Source: Candidatus Acidiferrales bacterium (lineage in GTDB: Bacteria > Acidobacteriota > Terriglobia > Acidiferrales > UBA7541). From it: 28,758 nucleotides of DNA. The stretch lies in assembly GCA_030044295.1 (NCBI GenBank), contig JASHWB010000242.1:1-28758 (forward strand). Direction: 5' to 3'. The position numbers and the translations under genes are program-made. Positions 8,722 through 17,266 of the stretch are shown here, piece by piece. Position 1 is the stretch's first letter. The number at the start of each line of letters is the position of its first letter. The notes under the pieces were generated by a model. That model ran no database searches, was not told where the DNA came from, and worked only from the letters and a program-made list of their open reading frames with translations.

Positions 8722-9839
8722 ATTCGTACGCCAGAGGCGCAGTCGTAGAGAGCCTGGTATTGCTCGGACATGCGTCTTGAGGAAATCAGGGCGCGGGATG
8801 ATTCGCAGATGGCGAATGGTTCGCGATGTCTACGGACGTACTGGTCTAAAGCGCGCGCTATACTGTCTGCACAACGATAGTCAAACAAAACCACCTGATT
8901 GGGAAACAGCTCGAACATTCGGCTGTGGAACGGGATCGAAGAAGCCAACACTAGCAATCCCGACGCGCAGGCCTCGGTCACCGATAAGCCGAAGCCTTCC
9001 GAAGAAGAAGCAGAAATCGCCACATCCGCCGCAGCCATCAGCCGAGAAACATCCGGGCGATCGCCCAGGAACACCACGTTACGAGCTCCACCCGCCACTT
9101 TCTCGCAAGTAGAACGCAGGGGGCCATCCCCGGCCAATACTAGAATCCCTCGGCGCGAGAGTTGTGAGCGCAGGAATCCACGTACGACTTGCGCCACGCG
9201 CTTGCCGCTGACTAACTGCCCGGCGTGGAGTACGACCACCTTATCGAGCGGCCACTCGAGTTGCGCGCGCAATTGATCAATCGCCTGACGGCTCTGCGGA
9301 GGACGATAGATATCGAGGTCTACTCCGTTTTCGATCGTTATCGCGCGAATTCCGTGTCGCGTTGCTCGTTGCCTCACGGCGTCTGAAACGGCCGCAACTG
9401 AGTGGAAACTGTGCAGGGCAGCGAAGTGCGAAAGCGCCATCAGCCGTGCTGCTAGAGATCCGTATCGAAGGGCATAATCCACCGGCAGGTCCGAATGGAT
9501 TGTGGAGACTGACGGCGCGGACGTTCTGGCTAACGCCACGAACAAATCCGGCCTAATCCCGTGACAGTGGACGATATCGGCGCCGATCGAGTTGTGTGTT
9601 CTTCGAATGCCGCCGATTACGGCCGGAATCGTCCACCGAGCTCTGTTTAGTGCGAAAAGCGGAACGCCAAGCGCTTGGAACTTGGGTGCATCGCTTTCTG
9701 CTGGTTCAGGCGAAAGAGTCAGGATCGCTGCTTGGTACCGCTCCGCATCAAGGTGTTTGACGACACCGAAAATGACCGCGACCGGACCGCAGCGCTTCAG
9801 CGTCGAGACGATAATAAGCAGGCGCCGGGCCATCGCCAT
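8718..9839 (-). CDS. GT4 (GT-B fold) glycosyltransferase
   Basis: DIVHCHG, IENGVD, FLGDRPDVSRLMAAADVAISASSSEGFGLSVTEACASG. Start refined to the ATG at 9839, which overlaps the upstream TAA (TAATG); the ORF track begins at 9872. Confidence 0.9.
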   Translation of the reverse strand: MAMARRLLIIVSTLKRCGPVAVIFGVVKHLDAERYQAAILTLSPEPAESDAPKFQALGVPLFALNRARWTIPAVIGGIRRTHNSIGADIVHCHGIRPDLFVALARTSAPSVSTIHSDLPVDYALRYGSLAARLMALSHFAALHSFHSVAAVSDAVRQRATRHGIRAITIENGVDLDIYRPPQSRQAIDQLRAQLEWPLDKVVVLHAGQLVSGKRVAQVVRGFLRSQLSRRGILVLAGDGPLRSTCEKVAGGARNVVFLGDRPDVSRLMAAADVAISASSSEGFGLSVTEACASGLLVLASSIPFHSRMFELFPNQVVLFDYRCADSIARALDQYVRRHREPFAICESSRALISSRRMSEQYQALYDCASGVRI

Positions 9840-10774
9840 TACGCTCCCGAAGACCTCAGTGCGAATCGCCATCGCAGGCGTTTGAGGAAGTACCGCGCGT
9901 ATTCCGGTGAAACCATAGCGATGAGAGCAAAATAGAAGAAGCGCCTTGCAACGCTAGGTTTGGCGAACGCCGCACGTTTTAGAAAACTGGCGATCCTGTA
10001 GCTCGCGGATTCTATCCGGCCTGTCGAAATCGCACGCTCGTATCGCGAACGCGAGAACGTATCAAACCCATACTTTAGCCTCTCCCGATAGAGCCGCTGT
10101 ATGTAGCGGTGAGCCTTCCTCTGCTCTAGAGGTGCCCGGTCGCTGATGCTATTGCTTCGGATGCGCGTGCACATCAGAGGCTCAGGGAGGTTCGCCAACC
10201 GGAACCCGGCTGTCACCGCTCGTAACAGGAAGTCGTAGTCCTCGGCGGGAGTCATATCGCGGTAACCGCCGAGATCGTCGTACACTTCGCGACGGGCCAT
10301 CCAACTGTGCGGGATTGGGGTAGATAGCTCCAAGCACGCGGCGATTGCTTTTGCGCCGATGGGAACTGGCGATTGCCCGACGCGCTCTCCTCTTTCGTTA
10401 ATCGTGATCGTAGGGCTTCCGACCAAAGCGATTTCTGGATGAGACTCGAGAAATTGAAGCTGCTTTTCAAGCCGATGTGGCAGGGCGATATCGTCACCAT
10501 CGATGCGCGCGATGTAGCGCGCCCGGCACGAACGCAAGCCCGTGTTCGAGGCGCGAACGATCCCGGCATTGGTATCGAGTTTGACGGCGGCGACTCGTTC
10601 ATCCGTGGCTGCGATTTGCGCCAAAATGGCGGACGTTCCATCCGTTGACCCGTCGTCGACGACAATCACTTCGATATCGCGCAGGCTCTGCTGCAAAATG
10701 CTGCGCAACGCCTCGGCTATGTAAGGCTCGACGTTGAATGCGGGTAGCAAAACGCTGACTAGAGGTTGAGTCAT
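9839..10774 (-). CDS. GT2 glycosyltransferase
   Basis: VSVLLPAFNVEPYIAEALRSIL, VVDDGSTDGT, ARIDGDD, AEDYDFLLR. ATGA overlap with wzy. Confidence 0.92.
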   Translation of the reverse strand: MTQPLVSVLLPAFNVEPYIAEALRSILQQSLRDIEVIVVDDGSTDGTSAILAQIAATDERVAAVKLDTNAGIVRASNTGLRSCRARYIARIDGDDIALPHRLEKQLQFLESHPEIALVGSPTITINERGERVGQSPVPIGAKAIAACLELSTPIPHSWMARREVYDDLGGYRDMTPAEDYDFLLRAVTAGFRLANLPEPLMCTRIRSNSISDRAPLEQRKAHRYIQRLYRERLKYGFDTFSRSRYERAISTGRIESASYRIASFLKRAAFAKPSVARRFFYFALIAMVSPEYARYFLKRLRWRFALRSSGA

Positions 10775-12012
10775 TGCTGATCCTTAATCGCTCCAAGCAG
10801 CCCCAGCGCTATGTAGAAATAAGGAATAGACGTATCGATTGCGGCGAAGCCTGCGATCAACACGGGAACAAGCAGCAGATATACTGCGCGGCTCGAGCCC
10901 TTCGACAAGAGCCAAACGTAGGCGGCGATCAAAAGCGATCCCAGCAAGCCGAGCTCCAACGCAAGCACGGCGATCACATCGTGAGCAGCGATGCCGAGCA
11001 GACCTTGGGTATTTCCGGAGCCAATCCCGGCGAGCCTTTGCACGATGTCCGCGTTGGAGAAAAGGCCGATCATGCCCTGAAGTATCAGGAATTTGCTCGC
11101 GAGGCTGGGGTCAATCTCGCGGAATGCTTCCGGCCCCGCGGACATGTAGATACGAAGAAGGCAAAAGACGGCGATCGGGCACGTCACAACGAGCGTCGCG
11201 AGAATGAACTTTCGCCGTCGCCACAACTTGTAGATCAAGAATTGACACGCGGCGGCCAAGATGGCGGCGCGCGAAAGAGTAGCCACTATCAGGGCATAAC
11301 CAAGGAAAACCTTCCGGGTACGGATCGAGTTGCGGAAGGAGAGCATGATCGCCGTCAGACACAAAAGCGCGAGTCCGGTATAGTTGGAGTCCGAGAAGAA
11401 GACGCTCATTTTGTAGCGATAGATCCAATCCACGGTTCCCGACGGAAGATCGTTGTACGCTGCGTATAGCGCCGTTCGAACGAACGGGGAAAACGCGTAC
11501 CGGGTCACGCATTCGAGACAAAAGAAAACCAGCAGCGCGTCGACGATCTTCGCGACGTATTTTCCTCTTGTTTGAATATCCAAGCGATTTGCCAGCGAGT
11601 ACGCAACGCAACCGGCTAGCAGAAAAAATGGAAACGCCAGCGGCATGACGTAGTTTTTAGGGTCTGCCTGATTGTGCGTCACAGCGAGAATTTGCAGCAC
11701 TGCGATGCAGACGCAAAGCACGGCGGCACACCCTGTGTTCCAGGACAGTTTCACGTACCCTATGGCGAATATCAGTAGAGATAGTCCGATTAGTAATATC
11801 TGCGTGGAACTCTGAGTGATCCGCTGAGCAACGTTGTGTTGCAAGTTCAGATAGTCGAAGCCAAGAGTCAGCGGTACGAACGAAAGGAGAACGATCACAG
11901 CGAAGATCAGCTTCGCGTTGACGGGGCGATTCAACGTGTCGAGCGCAAGGCTTACGGGGTGCGGGCGTGGCTTCGCCAAAGCCGCATATATTGCTCTGGA
12001 CGCGGTGCTCAC
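10771..12012 (-). CDS. wzy: Probable Wzy polysaccharide polymerase
   Basis: 413 aa with many hydrophobic segments. FFSDSNYTG, LSRAA and a periplasmic loop ending in GIGSGN...AHD...LELG, resembling Wzy_C. GTGA overlap with the upstream gene; lies between the co-polymerase and the GTs. Confidence 0.7.
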   Translation of the reverse strand: MSTASRAIYAALAKPRPHPVSLALDTLNRPVNAKLIFAVIVLLSFVPLTLGFDYLNLQHNVAQRITQSSTQILLIGLSLLIFAIGYVKLSWNTGCAAVLCVCIAVLQILAVTHNQADPKNYVMPLAFPFFLLAGCVAYSLANRLDIQTRGKYVAKIVDALLVFFCLECVTRYAFSPFVRTALYAAYNDLPSGTVDWIYRYKMSVFFSDSNYTGLALLCLTAIMLSFRNSIRTRKVFLGYALIVATLSRAAILAAACQFLIYKLWRRRKFILATLVVTCPIAVFCLLRIYMSAGPEAFREIDPSLASKFLILQGMIGLFSNADIVQRLAGIGSGNTQGLLGIAAHDVIAVLALELGLLGSLLIAAYVWLLSKGSSRAVYLLLVPVLIAGFAAIDTSIPYFYIALGLLGAIKDQQ

Positions 12013-13196
12013 GTCAGGAGCCTCGTCCTAATTTGTTCCGCGCCGTCGGCGACCAGTACCCAAATGCTGGTCAGAAATAGGCCGGAGAAAAACCCGCCGG
12101 AGGCGATTAGCAGGCGCGGCGGACTCGATTTCTTGTCCGGCTTAACGGCCGGATCGACCACCTGAATAACCGATCCCTCTTTCGCTTCGTCGATTTTGGC
12201 CAATTCATATTGCGTTTCTAGGAAACTGAAGATCGTTTCTTCGTATTTGGCGTCACGCAGTCTGCGGGCGTACTCGAGAGCTGCCTGGGGAACCGTGCCC
12301 TTTGGCATCAGTAAGTCCCCCGATCGCGTGTTGGTATCCGCGCCCAACTGCGCGATTTGCTGCTGCAGGGCGGTCAACTCCTGTTCGGCAAGTTGCAAAT
12401 CCGGATTCTCATCGGCCGCAAATTTTCGCATCGCGTCGATCTGAACCTCTTTGGCGGCTATTTGAGAGCGCAAGGCTGCTACGGACTCTATAACTGCGGT
12501 CGCTTGACCTTGCGGTTCGATTAAACCTGTTTGCTGCTCGACTGTTGCGAGTGCCTCTTCCGCGTTGGCCAGCTTGCCGCTTTCTTTCGTGAGTTCCTGC
12601 TCGAAGAAAAGCCGCCTTTGGGCCGCCTCCGAAACGGCGAGCTCACCCGAAAGCTTTCGATAGCTGGCAACGTAGGCGTTCGCCAACTGTGCTGCGCGCT
12701 CAGCGTCCTCATCTGTCACCGAAATGCGTATTAGCCCGTCCTTCAGCCCGCTGTCGATGCTGGTGTTGCGTTCTAATTCCTTACGAGCGTCGGATTCCCG
12801 TTTGTCACCATAGATATCCTGGAGGTTGAACCGCTGAATGAGGGCATCCTCAACGGTACGGCTATCGATCAACGCTACTTGCATGTCGTTGGGGTTCTTA
12901 AGCCCGAGTGTTTGTTGCGCCAGCGAGCCCAGCATCCCCAGGCCGCTGCTCGCCTGAGAAAGCAAAGCCGCTTCCATCGAATGATCCTGCTGGGGTGGCA
13001 GTATTATGGTCGTGGCAGTGTAAAGATTGGGCAGAAGGAATGCCGTCATTACAGCGCATATTGTGAATGCAGCTGTCCCGATCGCGACGGTCCTGCGCCG
13101 TTCGATAAGCAGCCGCAGTAGGTCGATTATGGAAATCTCAGTCTTTGGTTCGGCAGTGCCGATCGTCGATTCATTTCGATTCTCGGAGTCATTCAT
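12009..13196 (-). CDS. Polysaccharide co-polymerase/chain-length determinant (Wzz/GumC-like, no kinase domain)
   Basis: Two TM segments (TVAIGTAAFTICAVMTAFLLPNLYTAT..ILPP; VVDPAVKPDKKSSPPRLLI) flank a long coiled-coil region; no Walker A/B domain. Likely start is the ATG at 13196; the ORF track extends to 13316. Confidence 0.85.
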   Translation of the reverse strand: MNDSENRNESTIGTAEPKTEISIIDLLRLLIERRRTVAIGTAAFTICAVMTAFLLPNLYTATTIILPPQQDHSMEAALLSQASSGLGMLGSLAQQTLGLKNPNDMQVALIDSRTVEDALIQRFNLQDIYGDKRESDARKELERNTSIDSGLKDGLIRISVTDEDAERAAQLANAYVASYRKLSGELAVSEAAQRRLFFEQELTKESGKLANAEEALATVEQQTGLIEPQGQATAVIESVAALRSQIAAKEVQIDAMRKFAADENPDLQLAEQELTALQQQIAQLGADTNTRSGDLLMPKGTVPQAALEYARRLRDAKYEETIFSFLETQYELAKIDEAKEGSVIQVVDPAVKPDKKSSPPRLLIASGGFFSGLFLTSIWVLVADGAEQIRTRLLT

Positions 13197-13577
13197 CTGC
13201 CAGTGATTCGCTTCGAGGGTCAGACTTGCAAGCGGAATGCCGAATATCCTCCGGGTAATGGCCGCTGAGGAGAAACGTGTTACCGGTTTAGCCCCTCGGA
13301 AGCCCAGCTGAAACACTGGTTGATCGTGCTGATCTCTCCCGTAACGGAACTAGTTGGTCGGAAATATGGTTCGTTTTGAACCTCGCACGGCGCCTCACAC
13401 CTCGCATCAAAGAGCCCACCGAGGCCAGCAGTACCTTCGTTCCATCCGCCTGGCAGGAACGGCCTATACAATCCCGCACCCCAGTTCTTCAGAATTTTCA
13501 CTGAACAGGTGTGGCGCGAAGATCGAGAGTGGCCTGTCCATGTTCCGAGATAAAGCTTTCGTGCTCTGAGGGATCCC

Positions 13578-14411
13578 GTGTCGATGCCGTTGGTGGAAGT
13601 CCGCGATCTGTCGGTTAGTTATCACCTGAGCTCGGGTGATCCCTTTGCCGCAGTGCAGGGGGTCTCGTTTCATATCCGGCCGGGAGAAACTCTCGGACTC
13701 ATGGGCGAATCGGGCTGCGGCAAGAGCAGCATTGCCCTAGCGCTGATGCAACTCCTGCCAAAGCGCCAGGCGCGCGTTGCTGGGTCGGTCCTCTTTCGCG
13801 GCGCGAACATGCTCGCGCTTGGCGAGAGGGACCTTCAAACGATTCGCGGTGCGGCAATCTCTATCGTTTATCAGGAACCCGAGATCGCGCTCAGTCCGGT
13901 GATGCGCGTCGGTGATCAAGTAGCCGAAGTCATTCGGGCCCACCGTCCATTGCCGTGGCAACAGTGCCGCTCTTGTGCGCGCGACGTGATCGGCCGCGTG
14001 GGCTTCGCGCAAGTCGAGCGCATTTACAAAGCGTATCCCCATCAATTGAGCGGTGGCCAGCGCCAACGAATTTGCCTTGCCCAAGCCTTGGCTTGCGATC
14101 CCGCACTCCTGATAGCTGACGAGCCTACAGCCCATTTGGACGCCCGCAGCCAGTCGGAGCTTCTCGATGTGTTGCAATCGCTTAAGCGCGATTCTGGGCT
14201 TGCCGTACTTCTCATCAGCCACGCGCCCGAAGTTCAGGAGCGCATGGCAGAGCGCCTGCTTGTTATGAGTGCGGGCCACATCGTGGATCAGGGGCGCTTT
14301 GGCCAACTCGCTGGTAATTCGCACCACCCCTATACCCGCGCGGTTCTTGGTTCGGCGATGCTTCGCGACCGCTGGACCGACCGCGTACTTGAAGAGGCGC
14401 CTGCCGGATGA
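13578..14411 (+). CDS. Peptide/nickel (Opp/Dpp) ABC transporter ATP-binding subunit, OppD-like
   Basis: GESGCGKS, YPHQLSGGQRQR, LIADEPT and HPYT. GAGGGA RBS; GTG 13578 or ATG 13584. Confidence 0.93.
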   Translation: MSMPLVEVRDLSVSYHLSSGDPFAAVQGVSFHIRPGETLGLMGESGCGKSSIALALMQLLPKRQARVAGSVLFRGANMLALGERDLQTIRGAAISIVYQEPEIALSPVMRVGDQVAEVIRAHRPLPWQQCRSCARDVIGRVGFAQVERIYKAYPHQLSGGQRQRICLAQALACDPALLIADEPTAHLDARSQSELLDVLQSLKRDSGLAVLLISHAPEVQERMAERLLVMSAGHIVDQGRFGQLAGNSHHPYTRAVLGSAMLRDRWTDRVLEEAPAG

Positions 14412-15244
14412 CAACCCTCGCGCCGGACACACTCGTCTCTATTCGCGATCTCACCAAAACTTACGTCCAGAGGCGCGCGTTCAGCGGAACTCAATTCACG
14501 ATCGAGGCCCTTCGCGGGTTAAACCTGGAGATCCGCCGCGCCTCCACTCTTGCCCTCGTCGGCGAATCAGGCGCGGGAAAGTCAACGCTGGCGCGTTGCC
14601 TAGGCCTTTTGGAAAGGCCGTCTGCGGGCGAAATCTGGTTTGATCGTGTAAACGTTCTGGCTCTAGATCGCAGGCAGCTATTCCCCGTTCGGCGGCGCAT
14701 CCAGCTCGTTTTCCAGGACCCTGCGTCCGCGCTGAATTCTGGCATGACCGCTGCTGAAATTCTCGAAGAGCCGCTTCTCATCCAGTACGACTTGACGAAA
14801 GCTGAACGCCATCGGCGCGCACTGGATCTGCTGGACGAGGTCGAACTGCCGGCCTCGTCCGCTGAGAAACGCCCGCTCGATTTCAGCGGCGGACAGCGTC
14901 AGCGCCTGGCAATTGCGCGTGCGTTGATGCTCCGCCCCGAGCTCCTAATCCTCGATGAAGCTCTTTCGAATCTCGACCTTGCCACGCGCGATTCCATCGT
15001 AGATCTGCTCGACGCGCTACAAGCCGAGCAGGGGCTCACCTTGGTTCACGTCCTGCACGAGCTCCGCCTGGCGTCCCAACTCGCCTCCGATGTCGCAGTA
15101 ATGTTCGATGGGCAAATTGTCGAGCACGGAAGCGCGGACCGCCTGTTCTCCCGCCCAGAGCATCCCTGCACGCGTGCGCTCCTGCGAGGCTTTCGGAGCA
15201 GCCAGGAAGCGCCCGAAGCCATGCACGTCGAGGCGCTCGGATGA
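14408..15244 (+). CDS. Peptide ABC transporter ATP-binding subunit, OppF-like
   Basis: GESGAGKS, IQLVFQDP, FSGGQRQRLAIARAL, ILDEALSNLD and HPCT. ATGA overlap with the upstream gene. Confidence 0.93.
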   Translation: MTTLAPDTLVSIRDLTKTYVQRRAFSGTQFTIEALRGLNLEIRRASTLALVGESGAGKSTLARCLGLLERPSAGEIWFDRVNVLALDRRQLFPVRRRIQLVFQDPASALNSGMTAAEILEEPLLIQYDLTKAERHRRALDLLDEVELPASSAEKRPLDFSGGQRQRLAIARALMLRPELLILDEALSNLDLATRDSIVDLLDALQAEQGLTLVHVLHELRLASQLASDVAVMFDGQIVEHGSADRLFSRPEHPCTRALLRGFRSSQEAPEAMHVEALG

Positions 15245-16203
15245 AATTCCTCGGCCGGCGTTTACTCCATTCCGGTGTCATCCTGCTCGCGATTTCGTTT
15301 TTCGCTTTTCTCTTGCTCCGGTCCGCTCCCGGCGACTACTTCGATGCCATGCGCATGAACCCACGTGTTTCCGCGGAGACAGTCGAAAATCTCCGCGCGC
15401 AATACGGAATGAACCATTCTTTTCTAGTTCGCTATGCTGATTGGATGGGTTCTCTAGCCAAAGGCGACATGGGCATCTCTTTGGCCTATGGCACCCCTGT
15501 TGGCCCGCTGCTTTGGCCGCGCGCGCGCAACACACTTATGCTGACCGGTTCGGCGATGATTCTTTCATGGATGCTCGCGGTCCCTCTGGGAGTCTGGTCC
15601 GCTGCGGCGAAAGGTGGATGGCTTGATCGCATCTGTTCCTTATTCACTTCCACGCTGCTAGTGATTCCCGACCTTCTTGTTTTTTTGCTCCTGCTTCTGA
15701 TGGCCGTGCGTACCGGATGGCTTCCATCGGGAGGAATGACCTCCGGGAATTTCGCTGACTTGGCTGTATGGCAGAAAGCCGGTGACCTAGCGCTCCACTT
15801 TGCGTTGCCCGCCCTTGGTCTCGCAATCGTTTCGCTGCCGTTATTGCTGCGCCACGTGCGTTCAGCGATGGTTGAGGTTCTGGATTCACCCTTCATCCGC
15901 GCCGCACGAGGGCACGGCATTCCGCGGTCGCGTATCCTCTGGCGCTTTGCTCTTCCGGCCGCATCGAATCCGCTGATTTCGCTTTTTGGGCTGTCCATCG
16001 CCACCATGCTGAGCGCATCGCTGATTGTCGAAGTGATTCTCAGCTGGCCGGGACTGGGCCCCCTGATAATTCAGGCCATTTTGTCTCGCGATCTGAACGT
16101 CGTCATCGGCGTGGTTATGCTCTCATCTGTCTTTCTAATCGCCGGGAATTTGATTGCCGACGTGCTGCTGTTCGTTAGCGATCCGCGGATTCGAGTCGAA
16201 TGA
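15241..16203 (+). CDS. Peptide ABC transporter permease, OppB-like
   Basis: LRSAPGD, GDMGISL, EAA-loop region (PFIRAARGHGIPRSRILWRFAL), VEVILSWPGLG and ADVLLFVSDPRIR. ATGA overlap. Confidence 0.93.
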   Translation: MKFLGRRLLHSGVILLAISFFAFLLLRSAPGDYFDAMRMNPRVSAETVENLRAQYGMNHSFLVRYADWMGSLAKGDMGISLAYGTPVGPLLWPRARNTLMLTGSAMILSWMLAVPLGVWSAAAKGGWLDRICSLFTSTLLVIPDLLVFLLLLLMAVRTGWLPSGGMTSGNFADLAVWQKAGDLALHFALPALGLAIVSLPLLLRHVRSAMVEVLDSPFIRAARGHGIPRSRILWRFALPAASNPLISLFGLSIATMLSASLIVEVILSWPGLGPLIIQAILSRDLNVVIGVVMLSSVFLIAGNLIADVLLFVSDPRIRVE

Positions 16204-16204
16204 A

Positions 16205-17236
16205 ATGAATCGCCGCTACACATTTTGGGGTGTGGTTATCCTGCTCGCCGCTTTTCATCTCGTCATTCTGTCTGCTGGTTTCTTCTCTCCGTACAGCTAC
16301 TCGGAGCAGCATCGCGATTTGCCTTACGCCCCGCCGTCCCGAATTCACTTCATCGACTCACAAGGCCATTTTCACGTTCGCCCGTTCGTATACGGCTGGA
16401 AGTACGACGCCCACTCGCCTGGCTCATACGTCGCCGATCTGGCAACGCCCTATCCGGTTCACGTGTTCGCCTTCGGTTCGGCCTACAAAATCGCCGGTCT
16501 GATTCCTTCGCGCATTCACTTGTTCGGTGTAGACCCGCCTGGATCCATCTTCCTGATGGGCACGGACGGCTACGGCCGCGATCAATTCACGCGCTTCCTC
16601 TATGGCGGGCAGATTTCGCTGGCTGCCGGGCTGATTGCCGCGGCGCTATCGCTGGCCTTGGGGCTCGTCGTTGGCTCGATCGCGGGATTCTACGGCGGCT
16701 GGCTTGATAACGCGCTGATGCGCGGTGGCGATGTCTTTATGGCACTGCCGTGGCTCTATCTGCTGTTCGCGGTTCGCGCGGCGCTGCCTCTTCACGTGCC
16801 GCAAGGCCAGATTTTCTTGCTCATCGTCGCGGTGATTGGATTAATCGGCTGGGCCAGGCCCGCCCGCCTGATCCGAGGAGTGGTGCTAAGCGCGAAGGAG
16901 CGCAATTTCGTTCTGGCGGCGCGCGGCTTTGGGGCCTCCGATTTTCACCTCCTCCGCCGCCACATTCTGCCGCGCACCTACAACATCGTCCTCACTCAAA
17001 TGACGTTGCTCATTCCCCAGTACATACTTGCCGAAGTGACATTGAGCTTCCTCGGCCTCGGTATCGGTCAGCCGCTTCCGAGCTGGGGCAGCCTTTTGTC
17101 CGCGTTGCAGGAGTACTACGTTTTGGCTTCTTACTGGTGGATGTACTTGCCCGCCATCCTGTTAGTTCCTGTTTTTCTCGCTTATTCCCAAATCGCCAAT
17201 GCCTTGCAGGAACTCTTTTCACCCGTCGCGCTGTAA
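16205..17236 (+). CDS. Peptide ABC transporter permease, OppC-like
   Basis: MGTDGYGRDQFTRFLYGGQISL, WARPARLIRG, FVLAARGFGAS, RHILP, AEVTLSFLGLG and PSWG. Start refined to the ATG at 16205, 1 nt after the upstream stop. Confidence 0.93.
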   Translation: MNRRYTFWGVVILLAAFHLVILSAGFFSPYSYSEQHRDLPYAPPSRIHFIDSQGHFHVRPFVYGWKYDAHSPGSYVADLATPYPVHVFAFGSAYKIAGLIPSRIHLFGVDPPGSIFLMGTDGYGRDQFTRFLYGGQISLAAGLIAAALSLALGLVVGSIAGFYGGWLDNALMRGGDVFMALPWLYLLFAVRAALPLHVPQGQIFLLIVAVIGLIGWARPARLIRGVVLSAKERNFVLAARGFGASDFHLLRRHILPRTYNIVLTQMTLLIPQYILAEVTLSFLGLGIGQPLPSWGSLLSALQEYYVLASYWWMYLPAILLVPVFLAYSQIANALQELFSPVAL

Positions 17237-17266
17237 AACCATGCTCGGCTCTGTGACAATTTCGCC

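Noticed and set aside
13197-13316. 40-aa N-terminal extension of the co-polymerase ORF
   Set aside because: No resemblance to the family N-terminus; ATG 13196 gives the normal short leader before the first TM segment.
13317-13577. ops/JUMPstart antitermination element upstream of the polysaccharide operon
   Set aside because: No GGCGGTAG-like motif found on the minus strand.
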